A stretch of 64,000 nt of DNA from Candidatus Hydrogenedentota bacterium (GTDB taxonomy: Bacteria > Hydrogenedentota > Hydrogenedentia > Hydrogenedentales > SLHB01). The translations under genes and the position numbers were made by a program. The notes under the pieces were generated by a model. The model did not search any database. It was not told where the DNA came from and saw only the letters and a list, made by a program, of their open reading frames with translations. Below are positions 11,396 to 20,524 of this stretch, piece by piece (within the stretch, counting starts at the first letter, position 1; each line of letters begins with the position of its first letter). The DNA lies in contig CAXXYE010000006.1 of the NCBI GenBank assembly GCA_963674865.2, positions 192,001 to 256,000 on the forward strand, in the 5' to 3' direction.

Positions 11396-12166
11396 CTACT
11401 CATCCGCAAGCGGCGAGAGCGTCTCGACTTGGATATTCTGGAGTTCCTCCTTCCGCAACGAAAGATGGTATCCCCTTACCTTCACGTCCACGGGATCGCC
11501 CAGTGGCGCCACGCGCTCCACCTCGATCACGGCGCCGGGCGTTATGCCCATGGCCCGTATGCGTTTCGATGTGGCGTCCCTTCCCTTTATCTTGGTGACC
11601 CTGACTTTGCGTCCAGGACTAAGCGTCGCTAATGCTACGGCCACTTTCTCCGCCTCCTTTGTATGTTTCTTCTTCCGGACATCGTCAAGGCAGGCTTCGA
11701 CGCATCGTTCGCAGTCATCCACACTGCGCCCTTCGGTGCATTGGTAACCGAAACCTTTGATCCACTTCGTGCCGGCCCGCGGACATGTCTCAATGTAGTC
11801 CACAAACTCGATGAACCGCTCCAACACCTCCCGGGGCACGGCATGCTCCATTTCACATGCGGCGCGATCCGCCAGCTTCTCATCTACAGCCAACACTTTC
11901 ACGAAGAAATCGTTAAGCGCCTCGTGACGGCGGGCGATCTCCGCTCCCATCACCTTGCCTTTACTCGTAAGCGTGACGACATCGTAGGGCGTGTAATTGA
12001 CGAGGGCATGCCGCTTGAGGGCGTGCAGCGCATTGGTGACCGACGAACGGTGCACCCTGAGCCGTTCCGCGATATCCTTAGCCCGCGCCACCTGCTTCTC
12101 GAGCACGATCATGTAGATAGCTTCCAAGTAATCCTCGAGACTGGCGCTCAGTGCCTCTTGAGCCAT
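11396..12166 (-). CDS. DtxR/MntR-family metal-dependent repressor fused to FeoA
   Basis: SLEDYLEAIY HTH, RRHE and ACEMEH. Cys-rich linker, then a C-terminal FeoA domain (MGITPG, APLGDP, LSLRKEE). Confidence 0.93.
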   Translation of the reverse strand: MAQEALSASLEDYLEAIYMIVLEKQVARAKDIAERLRVHRSSVTNALHALKRHALVNYTPYDVVTLTSKGKVMGAEIARRHEALNDFFVKVLAVDEKLADRAACEMEHAVPREVLERFIEFVDYIETCPRAGTKWIKGFGYQCTEGRSVDDCERCVEACLDDVRKKKHTKEAEKVAVALATLSPGRKVRVTKIKGRDATSKRIRAMGITPGAVIEVERVAPLGDPVDVKVRGYHLSLRKEELQNIQVETLSPLADE

Positions 12167-12202
12167 ATTCACCGCCCTCCAATTGTTTGCCGTGCCCTCA
12201 TA

Positions 12203-12220
12203 AGTTTGAGGCGTCAAACT
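12203..12220. promoter_or_regulatory. Putative DtxR-family autoregulatory operator
   Basis: Perfect inverted repeat AGTTTGA-GGCG-TCAAACT overlapping the predicted -10 and TSS. Confidence 0.7.
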
Positions 12221-12247
12221 CTACCACGCTCCCCCATCGCCTGTCAA
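12218..12247 (-). promoter_or_regulatory. sigma70-type promoter of dtxR-feoA
   Basis: Minus strand TTGACA-N18-TAGAGT with an extended TGn element. Confidence 0.55.
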
Positions 12248-12428
12248 GTGGAGGGACAAGGCATTTAGAGGCGGCCGGCCAACCGATTCTCGGATGGCCA
12301 CTATAGTCATTTGTCACGTGGCAAACCGCCGGGCCGGTTCGCCTCACAAGGTGGCGGATATCGTTGATTTTCCCGGACATTTGCAGCAAGATGGCCCGGA
12401 AGGCGGCGCAAGTTTCCGAAGGAGGCAT

Positions 12429-13745
12429 ATGATGAGCAAAAAGGAGAAGAGCGATTTCCGTTACGAGACGGGCGACGCGAGAGTGCCCTGGGATGCCGTG
12501 GCGGTGAAGCCCGATAAGGACCTGGTGTTGGATATCCTTCGATTCCTCGTCCGCGAAGGGCGTGATACCGATGCCTACAGCAAGGCACTGCAAGCGGTTT
12601 CCGAAGGGGTGGACGCGCTCTTCGCCGCGGGAACGCCCGCCACGAAACTGACCTTGGGCGACAAGGTGAAAGAGGTGGAAACCTGTGCGCGCGAGTATCT
12701 TGGCGTCCAGCACGCGGCTTTTCTGGTGAATTGGACGGCGGGCTACGATATCGCGCTGGACATGGCCGGTGTGCGGCCCGGCGACGAAGTCATCGTGCCC
12801 GCTATCACCTTTATCGCGACGGCCAGCCCCGTGCTCCGAAAAGGGGCGAAACTGGTATTTGCGGACGTCGAGCGAGAAACTGTGAACATGGATCCCGCCG
12901 ATGTCGAACGCAAGATAACGGACAAGACGAAGGCCATTGTACCGGTGCATATCGGCGGATATCCCGTGGACATGGATCCCATTCTTGAACTCGCCCGAGC
13001 CCGGGGAATCACGGTGATCGAAGACGCCGCCCACGGCTTCGGAGGCACGTACAAAGGCACGAAGCTGGGCGCGGTGGGCGATTTCGGCGCTTTCAGCTTT
13101 CACGAGGTCAAGAACATCACCTCCCTGGGCGAAGGCGGCATTCTCGTTTCAAACAATGTCCTCGGCAGTCAATTCGCCATGGCCCGGTTCTGCGGATTCG
13201 ACCTCGAAGCCACACCGCCCGACACCTGGCTCTACAACATCAGTCCTATTCGCGCCAAGAGCGGCTTCTTCGCGGCCTCGAATTTCTCCGTCACCGAGAT
13301 CCAGGCCGTCGCGCTACTTCGATTGATGCACCGGAATGACGCGATCACCGAGGCGCGCCGCAAGATAGCGCGGCAGTTGCATGATGCCTTCGCCGAAGTG
13401 GACGGGTTGATCCCGGGGCGAATGCACGACGACGTGTTCGGCGCAACCTTCCATCTCTTCCTGCTGCGAGTAGACCCCGACGTCATCCCAGGCGGCATCC
13501 AGGCCATGAAGCAAGGACTCGCGGCCAAAGGCGTCACGCAGATCGCCCACTTCTGCCCCCTTTACCTCTACAAGATCTTCGAAGCGTTCGGCTACGACCA
13601 GGCCGCGGCCAGAGCGGCATGTCCGAACGCCGAGAGGGCGTTCTTCGAGGAGTACACCCACCTGCCTCTATACGATCTGCCCGAGGGCGCCGTAGCCTAC
13701 ATGGTGGACGCCGTCATCGATACCGCTAAGAGTCTGAAACGCTGA
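12429..13745 (+). CDS. DegT/DnrJ/EryC1/StrS PLP-dependent aminotransferase
   Basis: GDEVIVPAITFIAT, IEDAAH and FSFHEVKNITSLGEGG (PLP Lys). GGAGG RBS. Confidence 0.92.
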   Translation: MMSKKEKSDFRYETGDARVPWDAVAVKPDKDLVLDILRFLVREGRDTDAYSKALQAVSEGVDALFAAGTPATKLTLGDKVKEVETCAREYLGVQHAAFLVNWTAGYDIALDMAGVRPGDEVIVPAITFIATASPVLRKGAKLVFADVERETVNMDPADVERKITDKTKAIVPVHIGGYPVDMDPILELARARGITVIEDAAHGFGGTYKGTKLGAVGDFGAFSFHEVKNITSLGEGGILVSNNVLGSQFAMARFCGFDLEATPPDTWLYNISPIRAKSGFFAASNFSVTEIQAVALLRLMHRNDAITEARRKIARQLHDAFAEVDGLIPGRMHDDVFGATFHLFLLRVDPDVIPGGIQAMKQGLAAKGVTQIAHFCPLYLYKIFEAFGYDQAAARAACPNAERAFFEEYTHLPLYDLPEGAVAYMVDAVIDTAKSLKR

Positions 13746-13748
13746 AGA

Positions 13749-14819
13749 ATGCACCGTAGTAGACGGGACAACTGCAACATGCACGAATACCGTGATGAAG
13801 TAACACAGGCCCGCGTGCGAGTCCTAACCTCAGGACGTCTGCACAACGAGGTCACTTACCAAACCTATCCCATGTGGACTCAGGAGATGCGCCACCTCCT
13901 CATCGGTTCCCGGCGCGATGGTGAGGCATGGCGCCCGCACGCCGTCGAGATGGCAAGCGGAGAGGTCCGTTGCCTCGTCGAAGCGGACGCCGATGATTGG
14001 GCCCTATCACGCAAGAGCGACCAGCTCTATTTCCGCGTGGGCGAGGACATGTTCTCTCGGGACGTCGAGGCAGCTTTCGGGAGCGGCGCCGGCGTCACGA
14101 AGGTGGCGAGCTTTGAGGGGTTGCCGGCCCTTAAACCGAATAACATGTCTCTCGACGCTCAAGAGAACGTGGCCTATGTGGGCGTCATCCTTCGCGAGAA
14201 AGAACGCTGGGGCATTGCCTCGCTGAATCTTGAGAACAGCCAGTGGGAGGTCATCGCTGAGGTGGACTTCCTGGCGAATCATGTGCAGGCGAATCCTTTC
14301 ACGCCCGGCGTCGTCATGTTCGCATGGGAAACGGGCGGCGACGCGCCGCAGCGGACGTGGGTGGTCAATGCCGATGGATCAGGCCTCCGCCCCTTCTACA
14401 AGGAAACCTATGAGGAATGGGTAACCCACGAGGTTTGGTGGGGGCCCGATCGCGCGATCTTCACCGTCTGGCCTTACGACGAGGCCCATCGCCGCCGACC
14501 CCATGGCGTCGTGAGCGCCGATCTCGCCACCGGGACGCCGACGGTGCATAGTCAATACCCGGCTTGGCACACCCACGGAAGCCCCGACGGGCGCTGGGCC
14601 GTCGGCGATGATTTCGATCGCAACCTATGGATTATCCGCATCGAAGACGGCCAGCGCCGCTTGCTCACCCAAGGGCACTTGGGCGAAGGTTTCGAGACAC
14701 ACCCCCACCCCTCGTTTACGCCGGATAGCCGCGGCGTCGTGTTCAATTCAAGCCGCTCCGGCACGGAAGACGTGTGTCTCGTCGACATCCCCGAGTGGGA
14801 TACTCTTCCGCTGCCTTAG
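13749..14819 (+). CDS. Oligogalacturonate lyase-like beta-propeller protein
   Basis: YRDEVTQARV, NHVQANP, THEVW and HPHPSFTPD. The start may be 13779. Confidence 0.7.
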   Translation: MHRSRRDNCNMHEYRDEVTQARVRVLTSGRLHNEVTYQTYPMWTQEMRHLLIGSRRDGEAWRPHAVEMASGEVRCLVEADADDWALSRKSDQLYFRVGEDMFSRDVEAAFGSGAGVTKVASFEGLPALKPNNMSLDAQENVAYVGVILREKERWGIASLNLENSQWEVIAEVDFLANHVQANPFTPGVVMFAWETGGDAPQRTWVVNADGSGLRPFYKETYEEWVTHEVWWGPDRAIFTVWPYDEAHRRRPHGVVSADLATGTPTVHSQYPAWHTHGSPDGRWAVGDDFDRNLWIIRIEDGQRRLLTQGHLGEGFETHPHPSFTPDSRGVVFNSSRSGTEDVCLVDIPEWDTLPLP

Positions 14820-14844
14820 ATGGACGTAGACTCCCGGGCGCTTG

Positions 14845-17226
14845 CTAGAACCTCGCGTGGCGCTTCTTGCCGTAGAAGTTAAGCTCTTGTGTCGTACGCG
14901 GGAAGTCCGGCGGTGACAAGACTTCCGCCGCCGGCCGCTTGCCTTCGGGATAGAGGAGGTACTCTGTTTCTGCGGCCGTCTCAAACACAAGCGTTTCCGC
15001 ACTTAACGGAGCACCTGCCGCCGCGGGTGCTGATGCGCCGGGCGTAAGAGGCTCGATCACGACACCCTCCCCATCGAAAGGATTCCGAATCCGGCAGGTA
15101 CGGCCCTTCTCAGACTGAATCCGAACAAACGGAACCTGGCCCGCGTCGAGTCTGGACGTTACCAGGAAGGCCCCCTCGGCACGCAGATCCGCGAAATACG
15201 CGTCATGCCAGCGATCCGGCACGGTAGGAAACACCTGGATAATCCCGCCGTAGGACTGAAGCAGCATCTCCATGATAGCGGCCGCGGCGCCAAATCCGGC
15301 CTCGAGCGTCATCGGCTCGTAATCCCATTGGGAAAGGCCAAAGATCCGCGGATCGCCGTTGATATGGAAGGTGTTGGACATAATGAAGCCGTTGGCGTAC
15401 GCGTCGAGCATCTGCCAGGCCATGTTGCCGTAGCCCGCCCGGGAGGCAATGAGCGACATCCAGGGATACGCCCAGCCCGTCCACTCGCCCGTGCCTCTGC
15501 GGCGCACCTTGAGGAGCGACCCTTTGATCAAATCCCTGTCATCATCGCTCCCATCACGCGTGATAAGCCCCAATGGGTGTATCGCCATGAGGTGCGAGTG
15601 GTGGCGATGGGAATGAGAGAGCGTCCTCCCGGCGCTGATGAGGAGTCGGTTGTCATCGCGCACGTAGTCTGTCAATTCGGCCAGCACGGCCTGCGCGCGC
15701 TCGACAATGGGCGCCGCCGTCGAGAGAATCTCGTGCCCCTGGACAATCGCCCCGGCCAGAAACCGGATCAGCGCCAAGTCGCAATTCGGGTCGCTGCAGT
15801 ATCCCTCGAAGTCTCCCTCCCCCCATTCCGGCGAATAGCTCAAGGGCACGTGCAGCTTCCCGTCATCACCCGGCTCGATCAGGTTCGCGTAGGTGAGGAA
15901 GGCCCCCTCAATGATCGGGAGCGCCTCATCGCGAAGGAAGGCCTCGTCCTGCGAGTACAGATAGTGAAGCCAGTAATGGTGGGCGAGCCAGGCCACGTTG
16001 CCCGGCCAGAATTCCACACCGGAGTAGCCGAAGATGCGTTCCCCGCGGGGCCCGATGGCACACCCGGCCCAAAGGCCGTCGAAGCCGAAGAACTGTTGGC
16101 ACTGTTCCCGCCAACGAGGCAGGCAGGCCGAGAAAGTTCGGTAAAGCGGCTCGCCGAGGTCGAGGCGATTGGCCGTGTAAATGGGCCAATAGGACTGCTC
16201 AACGTTCATGTCGAGGTGGTAATCGCCGCTCCAGGGCGGCATGGCCCCGTCGAGCGTCCAGAGCCCTTGCAGAGTGATGGGCAGTTCGCCGGGCCGTGAA
16301 CAGCAGCCGAGCTTATACATCTCTGCGTAATACAGCGATTCGAGACGGGCGTCGGGAATCGTGAGATAGGAGCGCTCCCAGTAGGCGGCCCACCAATCGC
16401 GGTGCTCGGCCAGGGCCGCCTCGTAATCCGAAAAGCCATCACACTGCTTCTTGGCCGCGCGCAGCGGATCGGGGGCGTCCGCGGAGGACGCGACGGCAAC
16501 GCAGATAACCTCTGCGCCGTCCGTTGTTGCGCTAGGCACATGCCGCCACACAATGGCCAGTTCATATCCCGTGGGACTCTTGAGATACCACGAGCCACCA
16601 GCCTCGTCCGACTCGACTTCTGGGGCCGGATATCCCCAACGCTCGAGCTGTTTCTTCGCACCCTTGGATAGGTGATCCCAGCCGACCTTCACGCCCACCG
16701 GCCGCGCACCATCGCCGGACAGGCGCAGCAGGACAAGGTTGTGATTGGCGTGAACAAGCGCCTCCACCTTCACGGCCTTCTCGCCGAGTTTGCCCTCGAT
16801 GGCGGACGTAGCGGCGCCAAGGCGGAGTCGCGCGCTCCCCCACGCAAAGGGCTCGGCAAACGCGAGTTCGAGCCGGGGCAGAGGAAGCCGCGTCGGATCC
16901 TGCCCATCGGAGTAAATGCGCCAGCAGGCCAGCAGATCCTCTGCCTCCTTCTCCTTGCCCTCCTCGACGAGTTGCCGCAAGCGTTGATACGTCGCATCCG
17001 GCGCGGCTTTCTCGCGCGTTTCCCAGGCGTCGTACTTGTCGAGGGTAAGCCTGAGAGGATTGCCATCGCCCCAGATCAGCGCGCCGATGTCCCCATTGGC
17101 CAATGGAATCCCCTCGAGCCAGCGGACAGGCGGGGCCTCCCAAATCAAATCGTGCTGTTCCAGAAACTCGATTGGCGGAACGGGCGACGCCAGACAACTC
17201 ATCAGAGCAAGCACAGGAAACGGCAT
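14845..17226 (-). CDS. GH95-like glycoside hydrolase (alpha-L-fucosidase/galactosidase family)
   Basis: EGIPLANGDIGA, LQGLW, PPWSGDYH, SPE, HRHHSHL and EMLLQS. GGGGAGG RBS. Confidence 0.85.
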   Translation of the reverse strand: MPFPVLALMSCLASPVPPIEFLEQHDLIWEAPPVRWLEGIPLANGDIGALIWGDGNPLRLTLDKYDAWETREKAAPDATYQRLRQLVEEGKEKEAEDLLACWRIYSDGQDPTRLPLPRLELAFAEPFAWGSARLRLGAATSAIEGKLGEKAVKVEALVHANHNLVLLRLSGDGARPVGVKVGWDHLSKGAKKQLERWGYPAPEVESDEAGGSWYLKSPTGYELAIVWRHVPSATTDGAEVICVAVASSADAPDPLRAAKKQCDGFSDYEAALAEHRDWWAAYWERSYLTIPDARLESLYYAEMYKLGCCSRPGELPITLQGLWTLDGAMPPWSGDYHLDMNVEQSYWPIYTANRLDLGEPLYRTFSACLPRWREQCQQFFGFDGLWAGCAIGPRGERIFGYSGVEFWPGNVAWLAHHYWLHYLYSQDEAFLRDEALPIIEGAFLTYANLIEPGDDGKLHVPLSYSPEWGEGDFEGYCSDPNCDLALIRFLAGAIVQGHEILSTAAPIVERAQAVLAELTDYVRDDNRLLISAGRTLSHSHRHHSHLMAIHPLGLITRDGSDDDRDLIKGSLLKVRRRGTGEWTGWAYPWMSLIASRAGYGNMAWQMLDAYANGFIMSNTFHINGDPRIFGLSQWDYEPMTLEAGFGAAAAIMEMLLQSYGGIIQVFPTVPDRWHDAYFADLRAEGAFLVTSRLDAGQVPFVRIQSEKGRTCRIRNPFDGEGVVIEPLTPGASAPAAAGAPLSAETLVFETAAETEYLLYPEGKRPAAEVLSPPDFPRTTQELNFYGKKRHARF

Positions 17227-17308
17227 GACGACCTCCCCAAAGCGTATTAGAACGGTTGAGAGGGCAAGCATATCGGACAAGGTGGGGCGGGTCAAAGAAG
17301 CAGAAAGG

Positions 17309-17689
17309 CTAGATGAGATCGTCGAGGAAAAGGCCCTGCGCCTCTTCCATGTGCTCGATCCAAGTCATGAATTCGTCGTGCGAAATGTCCTTCTTCACCA
17401 CGGACGCGATGGCGCCCTGGCCGTCGAGGGTGACAATGTCTATGAAGACCGCGTCACCTTCCCGGTAGACGCAGAACCGGTAGGGCGAGTGCTCCCGAAC
17501 CAGCGCCTCGTGCGCCAGTTCGGCCGCCTTGGCCAGTTCATTGAAGTGGTTCTTCGCCTCATCGCGCTGCCGGTGTTGATGGTGGTGACGCGCGCCCCGC
17601 TCGTGGACCTCCGCCGGCCGATCATTATAGGCCGGTGGCGCCGGCCCCACCTCGTGCACCCTGAATCGGCTTTCTTCATCGTCCGCCAT
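17309..17689 (-). CDS. Hypothetical protein, FlaG-like
   Basis: 126 aa with an AGGAGG RBS. Helix-beta-beta-beta-helix pattern and C-terminal GLFLD reminiscent of FlaG. Confidence 0.6.
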   Translation of the reverse strand: MADDEESRFRVHEVGPAPPAYNDRPAEVHERGARHHHQHRQRDEAKNHFNELAKAAELAHEALVREHSPYRFCVYREGDAVFIDIVTLDGQGAIASVVKKDISHDEFMTWIEHMEEAQGLFLDDLI

Positions 17690-17710
17690 CGGATTGGCCT
17701 CCTAAAGACT

Positions 17711-17738
17711 CTATCGGCCGGCAACGCAAGGGTCTTTA
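17711..17738 (-). promoter_or_regulatory. sigma28 (FliA/SigD)-type promoter
   Basis: Minus strand TAAA-N16-GCCGATAG, 21 nt upstream of the ATG at 17689. Confidence 0.65.
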
Positions 17739-17908
17739 CCAAGGGACCAGGCATTCCTATCTGGAATAAACACTCAGACGCAACGGTTCATGCGCAACTG
17801 AAAGCGAATATCGCGCTCACCGGCGGCATTGCCGGGAATATCGCCCGCATTCTGATGTATAGTGAATACTCGCGATTGCGAATGCTGCGGGAAAAGGAGA
17901 CGACGGCT

Positions 17909-18634
17909 ATGAGTTACGAGATGGAATCGTTCAGCCCTCGGGAGTACACGTTGGCGGATCAGGCCTCGGTGGATGAGCGCGCCGCGTTCATCACCAAGAC
18001 GTATCTCCACCTGTTCGGCGCTATTTTGGCCTTCATCGTTATCGAGGCGCTCCTGCTCAATTCTCCGGCTGCGCCGGCGCTCGTCGGATTCATGCTCACC
18101 TTCGCCGGCGCCTACTCATGGCTCGTCGTCCTCGGAGCCTTCATGCTTGTGTCATTCATAGCGGATCGATGGGCCCATTCGAGCACTTCGCTCTTCACCC
18201 AATACCTCGGGCTCGGCCTCTACGTGGCCGCCGAGGCCGTCATCTTCCTGCCTCTGCTGTTCTTTGCGCGACAATTCGGCGAGAGCGTGATCCCGACGGC
18301 GGGCATCGCCACCGCGGCCACTTTCACCGGCCTGACGGCCGTGGTACTGCTCACGCGCAAGAACTTCTCGTTTCTCGGCCCGTTCCTGGGCGTGGCCGGA
18401 TTCGCTGCGCTCGGATTCATCGCGTGCAGCATCCTGTTCGGCTTCAACCTGGGCACGATGTTCACGGTGATAATGATTGGCTTCGCCTGCGCGTACATCC
18501 TCTACGACACGTCACGCGTGCTGCATGAGTACCATGTCGGCCAGCACGTAGCCGCGGCGCTGGCTCTGTTCGCCGCCGTGGCGCTTCTTTTCTGGTACAT
18601 CCTCCGGTTGGTTATGGCCTTCTCGCGCGACTGA
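17909..18634 (+). CDS. Bax inhibitor-1/YccA family membrane protein
   Basis: RAAFITKTYLHL, seven TM segments, ILYDTS and ALALF. AAGGAG RBS. Confidence 0.9.
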   Translation: MSYEMESFSPREYTLADQASVDERAAFITKTYLHLFGAILAFIVIEALLLNSPAAPALVGFMLTFAGAYSWLVVLGAFMLVSFIADRWAHSSTSLFTQYLGLGLYVAAEAVIFLPLLFFARQFGESVIPTAGIATAATFTGLTAVVLLTRKNFSFLGPFLGVAGFAALGFIACSILFGFNLGTMFTVIMIGFACAYILYDTSRVLHEYHVGQHVAAALALFAAVALLFWYILRLVMAFSRD

Positions 18635-18738
18635 GGCGTTGTTGCAAAACACAGGAATGGCGGACAGTGGCCGTCGCGAACCTGCGGATCAAGAAGGGCG
18701 AGCAGATATGACTGGAGGACGCGGCCGGGGGAGAGGCG

Positions 18739-20160
18739 CTATGTCCCTTTGAACTCCGCAATGAGCGCCTGGATGCTGGCTTTGGCATCGCCGAAGAGCA
18801 TGCGCGTGTTCTCTCTGAAGAAGAGGGGATTGTCCACTCCGGCGAATCCGGAGGCGAGTGAGCGCTTCAGCACAAACACCACCTTGGCGTAGTCGACGTT
18901 GATGATCGGCATGCCGGCAATGGCGCAGTTGGGGTCCTCCCGGGCGGCGGGATTGACGACGTCGTTCGCACCGATGACGAAGGCCACATCCACCGTATTG
19001 ATGATCGGATTGATGTCGTCCATCTCGACAAGCTGCTCGTAGGCCACATTGGCCTCGGCCAGAAGGACGTTCATGTGGCCCGGCATGCGCCCCGCCACAG
19101 GGTGGATCGCGTACTTCACCTCAGTGCCGTGCTCCTCGAGCAGCTCGCCAAGTTCCCGTACGACGTGCTGCGCTTGCGCAACGGCCATGCCGTAGCCAGG
19201 GACAAAGACGACGGAGTCGGCCGCCTCGAGGATCAGATAGGCATCGGCCGGTGTGATGGGTTTCGCCTCACCGTGGGCCGAGACGCTGGCCTTGCCGCCC
19301 GCCGTGCCCAGCCCGCCGAATAGGACGTTGGACAAGGAACGGTTCATCGCCTTGCACATGATGTTCGTCAGGATGATGCCGCTTGCCCCCACGAGAGAGC
19401 CGGAGACGATCAGCACGTTGTTGGAAATGACGAATCCGGACGCACAGGCCGCGAGGCCGGAGTAGCTGTTGAGAAGGCAGATGACGACGGGCATGTCCGC
19501 GCCGCCGATGGGAATCGTCGTCAGTACGCCGAGAACCAACGCAAGCAGCACGGCGGCGATGAACACCAAATACATACCTGCCGGATTGGCAATGTACAGC
19601 ACGCCGCACACGAGGGTGACTACGAAGACCGCCACGTTGAGAAGGTGCTGATTCTTGAAGAGGATCGGCTTGCCCGTGATTCGGCCGGCCAGCTTGGCGT
19701 AGGCCACGACGCTGCCCGAAAACGTCACGCCGCCTATCAACAGCGTCAGAAAGATGGCCACTGCCAGGTACCAGATGGGCGGGTCGCCGGAGAGTAGGCT
19801 TTCGGCCGCCGTCCAGTCCGGGAGGTGCCGCTGATACTCCGCCCATCCGACGAGTAGACTGGCGATACCGCCGAATCCATTGAAGAGAGCCACGAACTCC
19901 GGCATGGAGGTCATAGGAACTCGGATGGCCGCGGCCGCGCCAATAAACCCACCCAGGACAACGCCCGCGATGATGTAGCCGAATCCCATCTCCTGACGAC
20001 AAAGTGTAGCGACAACGGCGACTAGCATCCCGACAGCGGAGAGCATATTGCCGCGGCGGGCCGTCTTCTGGGAACTGAGCATCTTCAGGCCGAAGATAAA
20101 GAGCACGGACGCGATGATGTAGCTCACATTGATGAGTGACGCGCGCAGTGCCGGACTCAC
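18739..20160 (-). CDS. pntB: NAD(P) transhydrogenase beta subunit
   Basis: IGGADMPVV, LNSYSG, PGYGMAVAQAQ, HPVAGRMPGHMN and GANDVVNP. Confidence 0.97.
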   Translation of the reverse strand: MSPALRASLINVSYIIASVLFIFGLKMLSSQKTARRGNMLSAVGMLVAVVATLCRQEMGFGYIIAGVVLGGFIGAAAAIRVPMTSMPEFVALFNGFGGIASLLVGWAEYQRHLPDWTAAESLLSGDPPIWYLAVAIFLTLLIGGVTFSGSVVAYAKLAGRITGKPILFKNQHLLNVAVFVVTLVCGVLYIANPAGMYLVFIAAVLLALVLGVLTTIPIGGADMPVVICLLNSYSGLAACASGFVISNNVLIVSGSLVGASGIILTNIMCKAMNRSLSNVLFGGLGTAGGKASVSAHGEAKPITPADAYLILEAADSVVFVPGYGMAVAQAQHVVRELGELLEEHGTEVKYAIHPVAGRMPGHMNVLLAEANVAYEQLVEMDDINPIINTVDVAFVIGANDVVNPAAREDPNCAIAGMPIINVDYAKVVFVLKRSLASGFAGVDNPLFFRENTRMLFGDAKASIQALIAEFKGT

Positions 20161-20450
20161 GACCTGTCCCCCTTGCCTTTGCCTTTGAACATGGCGAGCA
20201 TACGATCGGTGACAAGGTAGCCGCCGATCACATTGATGGTGGCGAACGCCACGGCGAACATGCCAAGAATCGTGCTCACCCGTTCGTTCTCAATGCTGCC
20301 CGCCGCCACCAATGCGCCCACAATGGTGATTCCCGAGATGGCGTTCGACCCGGACATGAGAGGCGTGTGCAACTGCGAAGGAACCTTCGAGATCAGTTCG
20401 AATCCCAGAAACATCGCGAGGACAAATACAAAAAAGAGCATCACAAGCAT
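20157..20450 (-). CDS. pntA: NAD(P) transhydrogenase alpha subunit, part 2 (membrane)
   Basis: LHTPLMSGSNAISG and NVIGGYLVTDRML. Overlaps the pntB start. Confidence 0.95.
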   Translation of the reverse strand: MLVMLFFVFVLAMFLGFELISKVPSQLHTPLMSGSNAISGITIVGALVAAGSIENERVSTILGMFAVAFATINVIGGYLVTDRMLAMFKGKGKGDRS

Positions 20451-20524
20451 GATTTCGTGTCCCCTTCCCGGCCGCAACTGCCTCGTCGTTCCCGGATGGC
20501 ATCTTTCATGATCCACGCTCGCAT

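Noticed and set aside
17036..17908. Apparent 290 aa N-terminal extension of the Bax inhibitor-1 protein
   Set aside because: It overlaps two minus-strand genes, and a good RBS and ATG exist at 17909.
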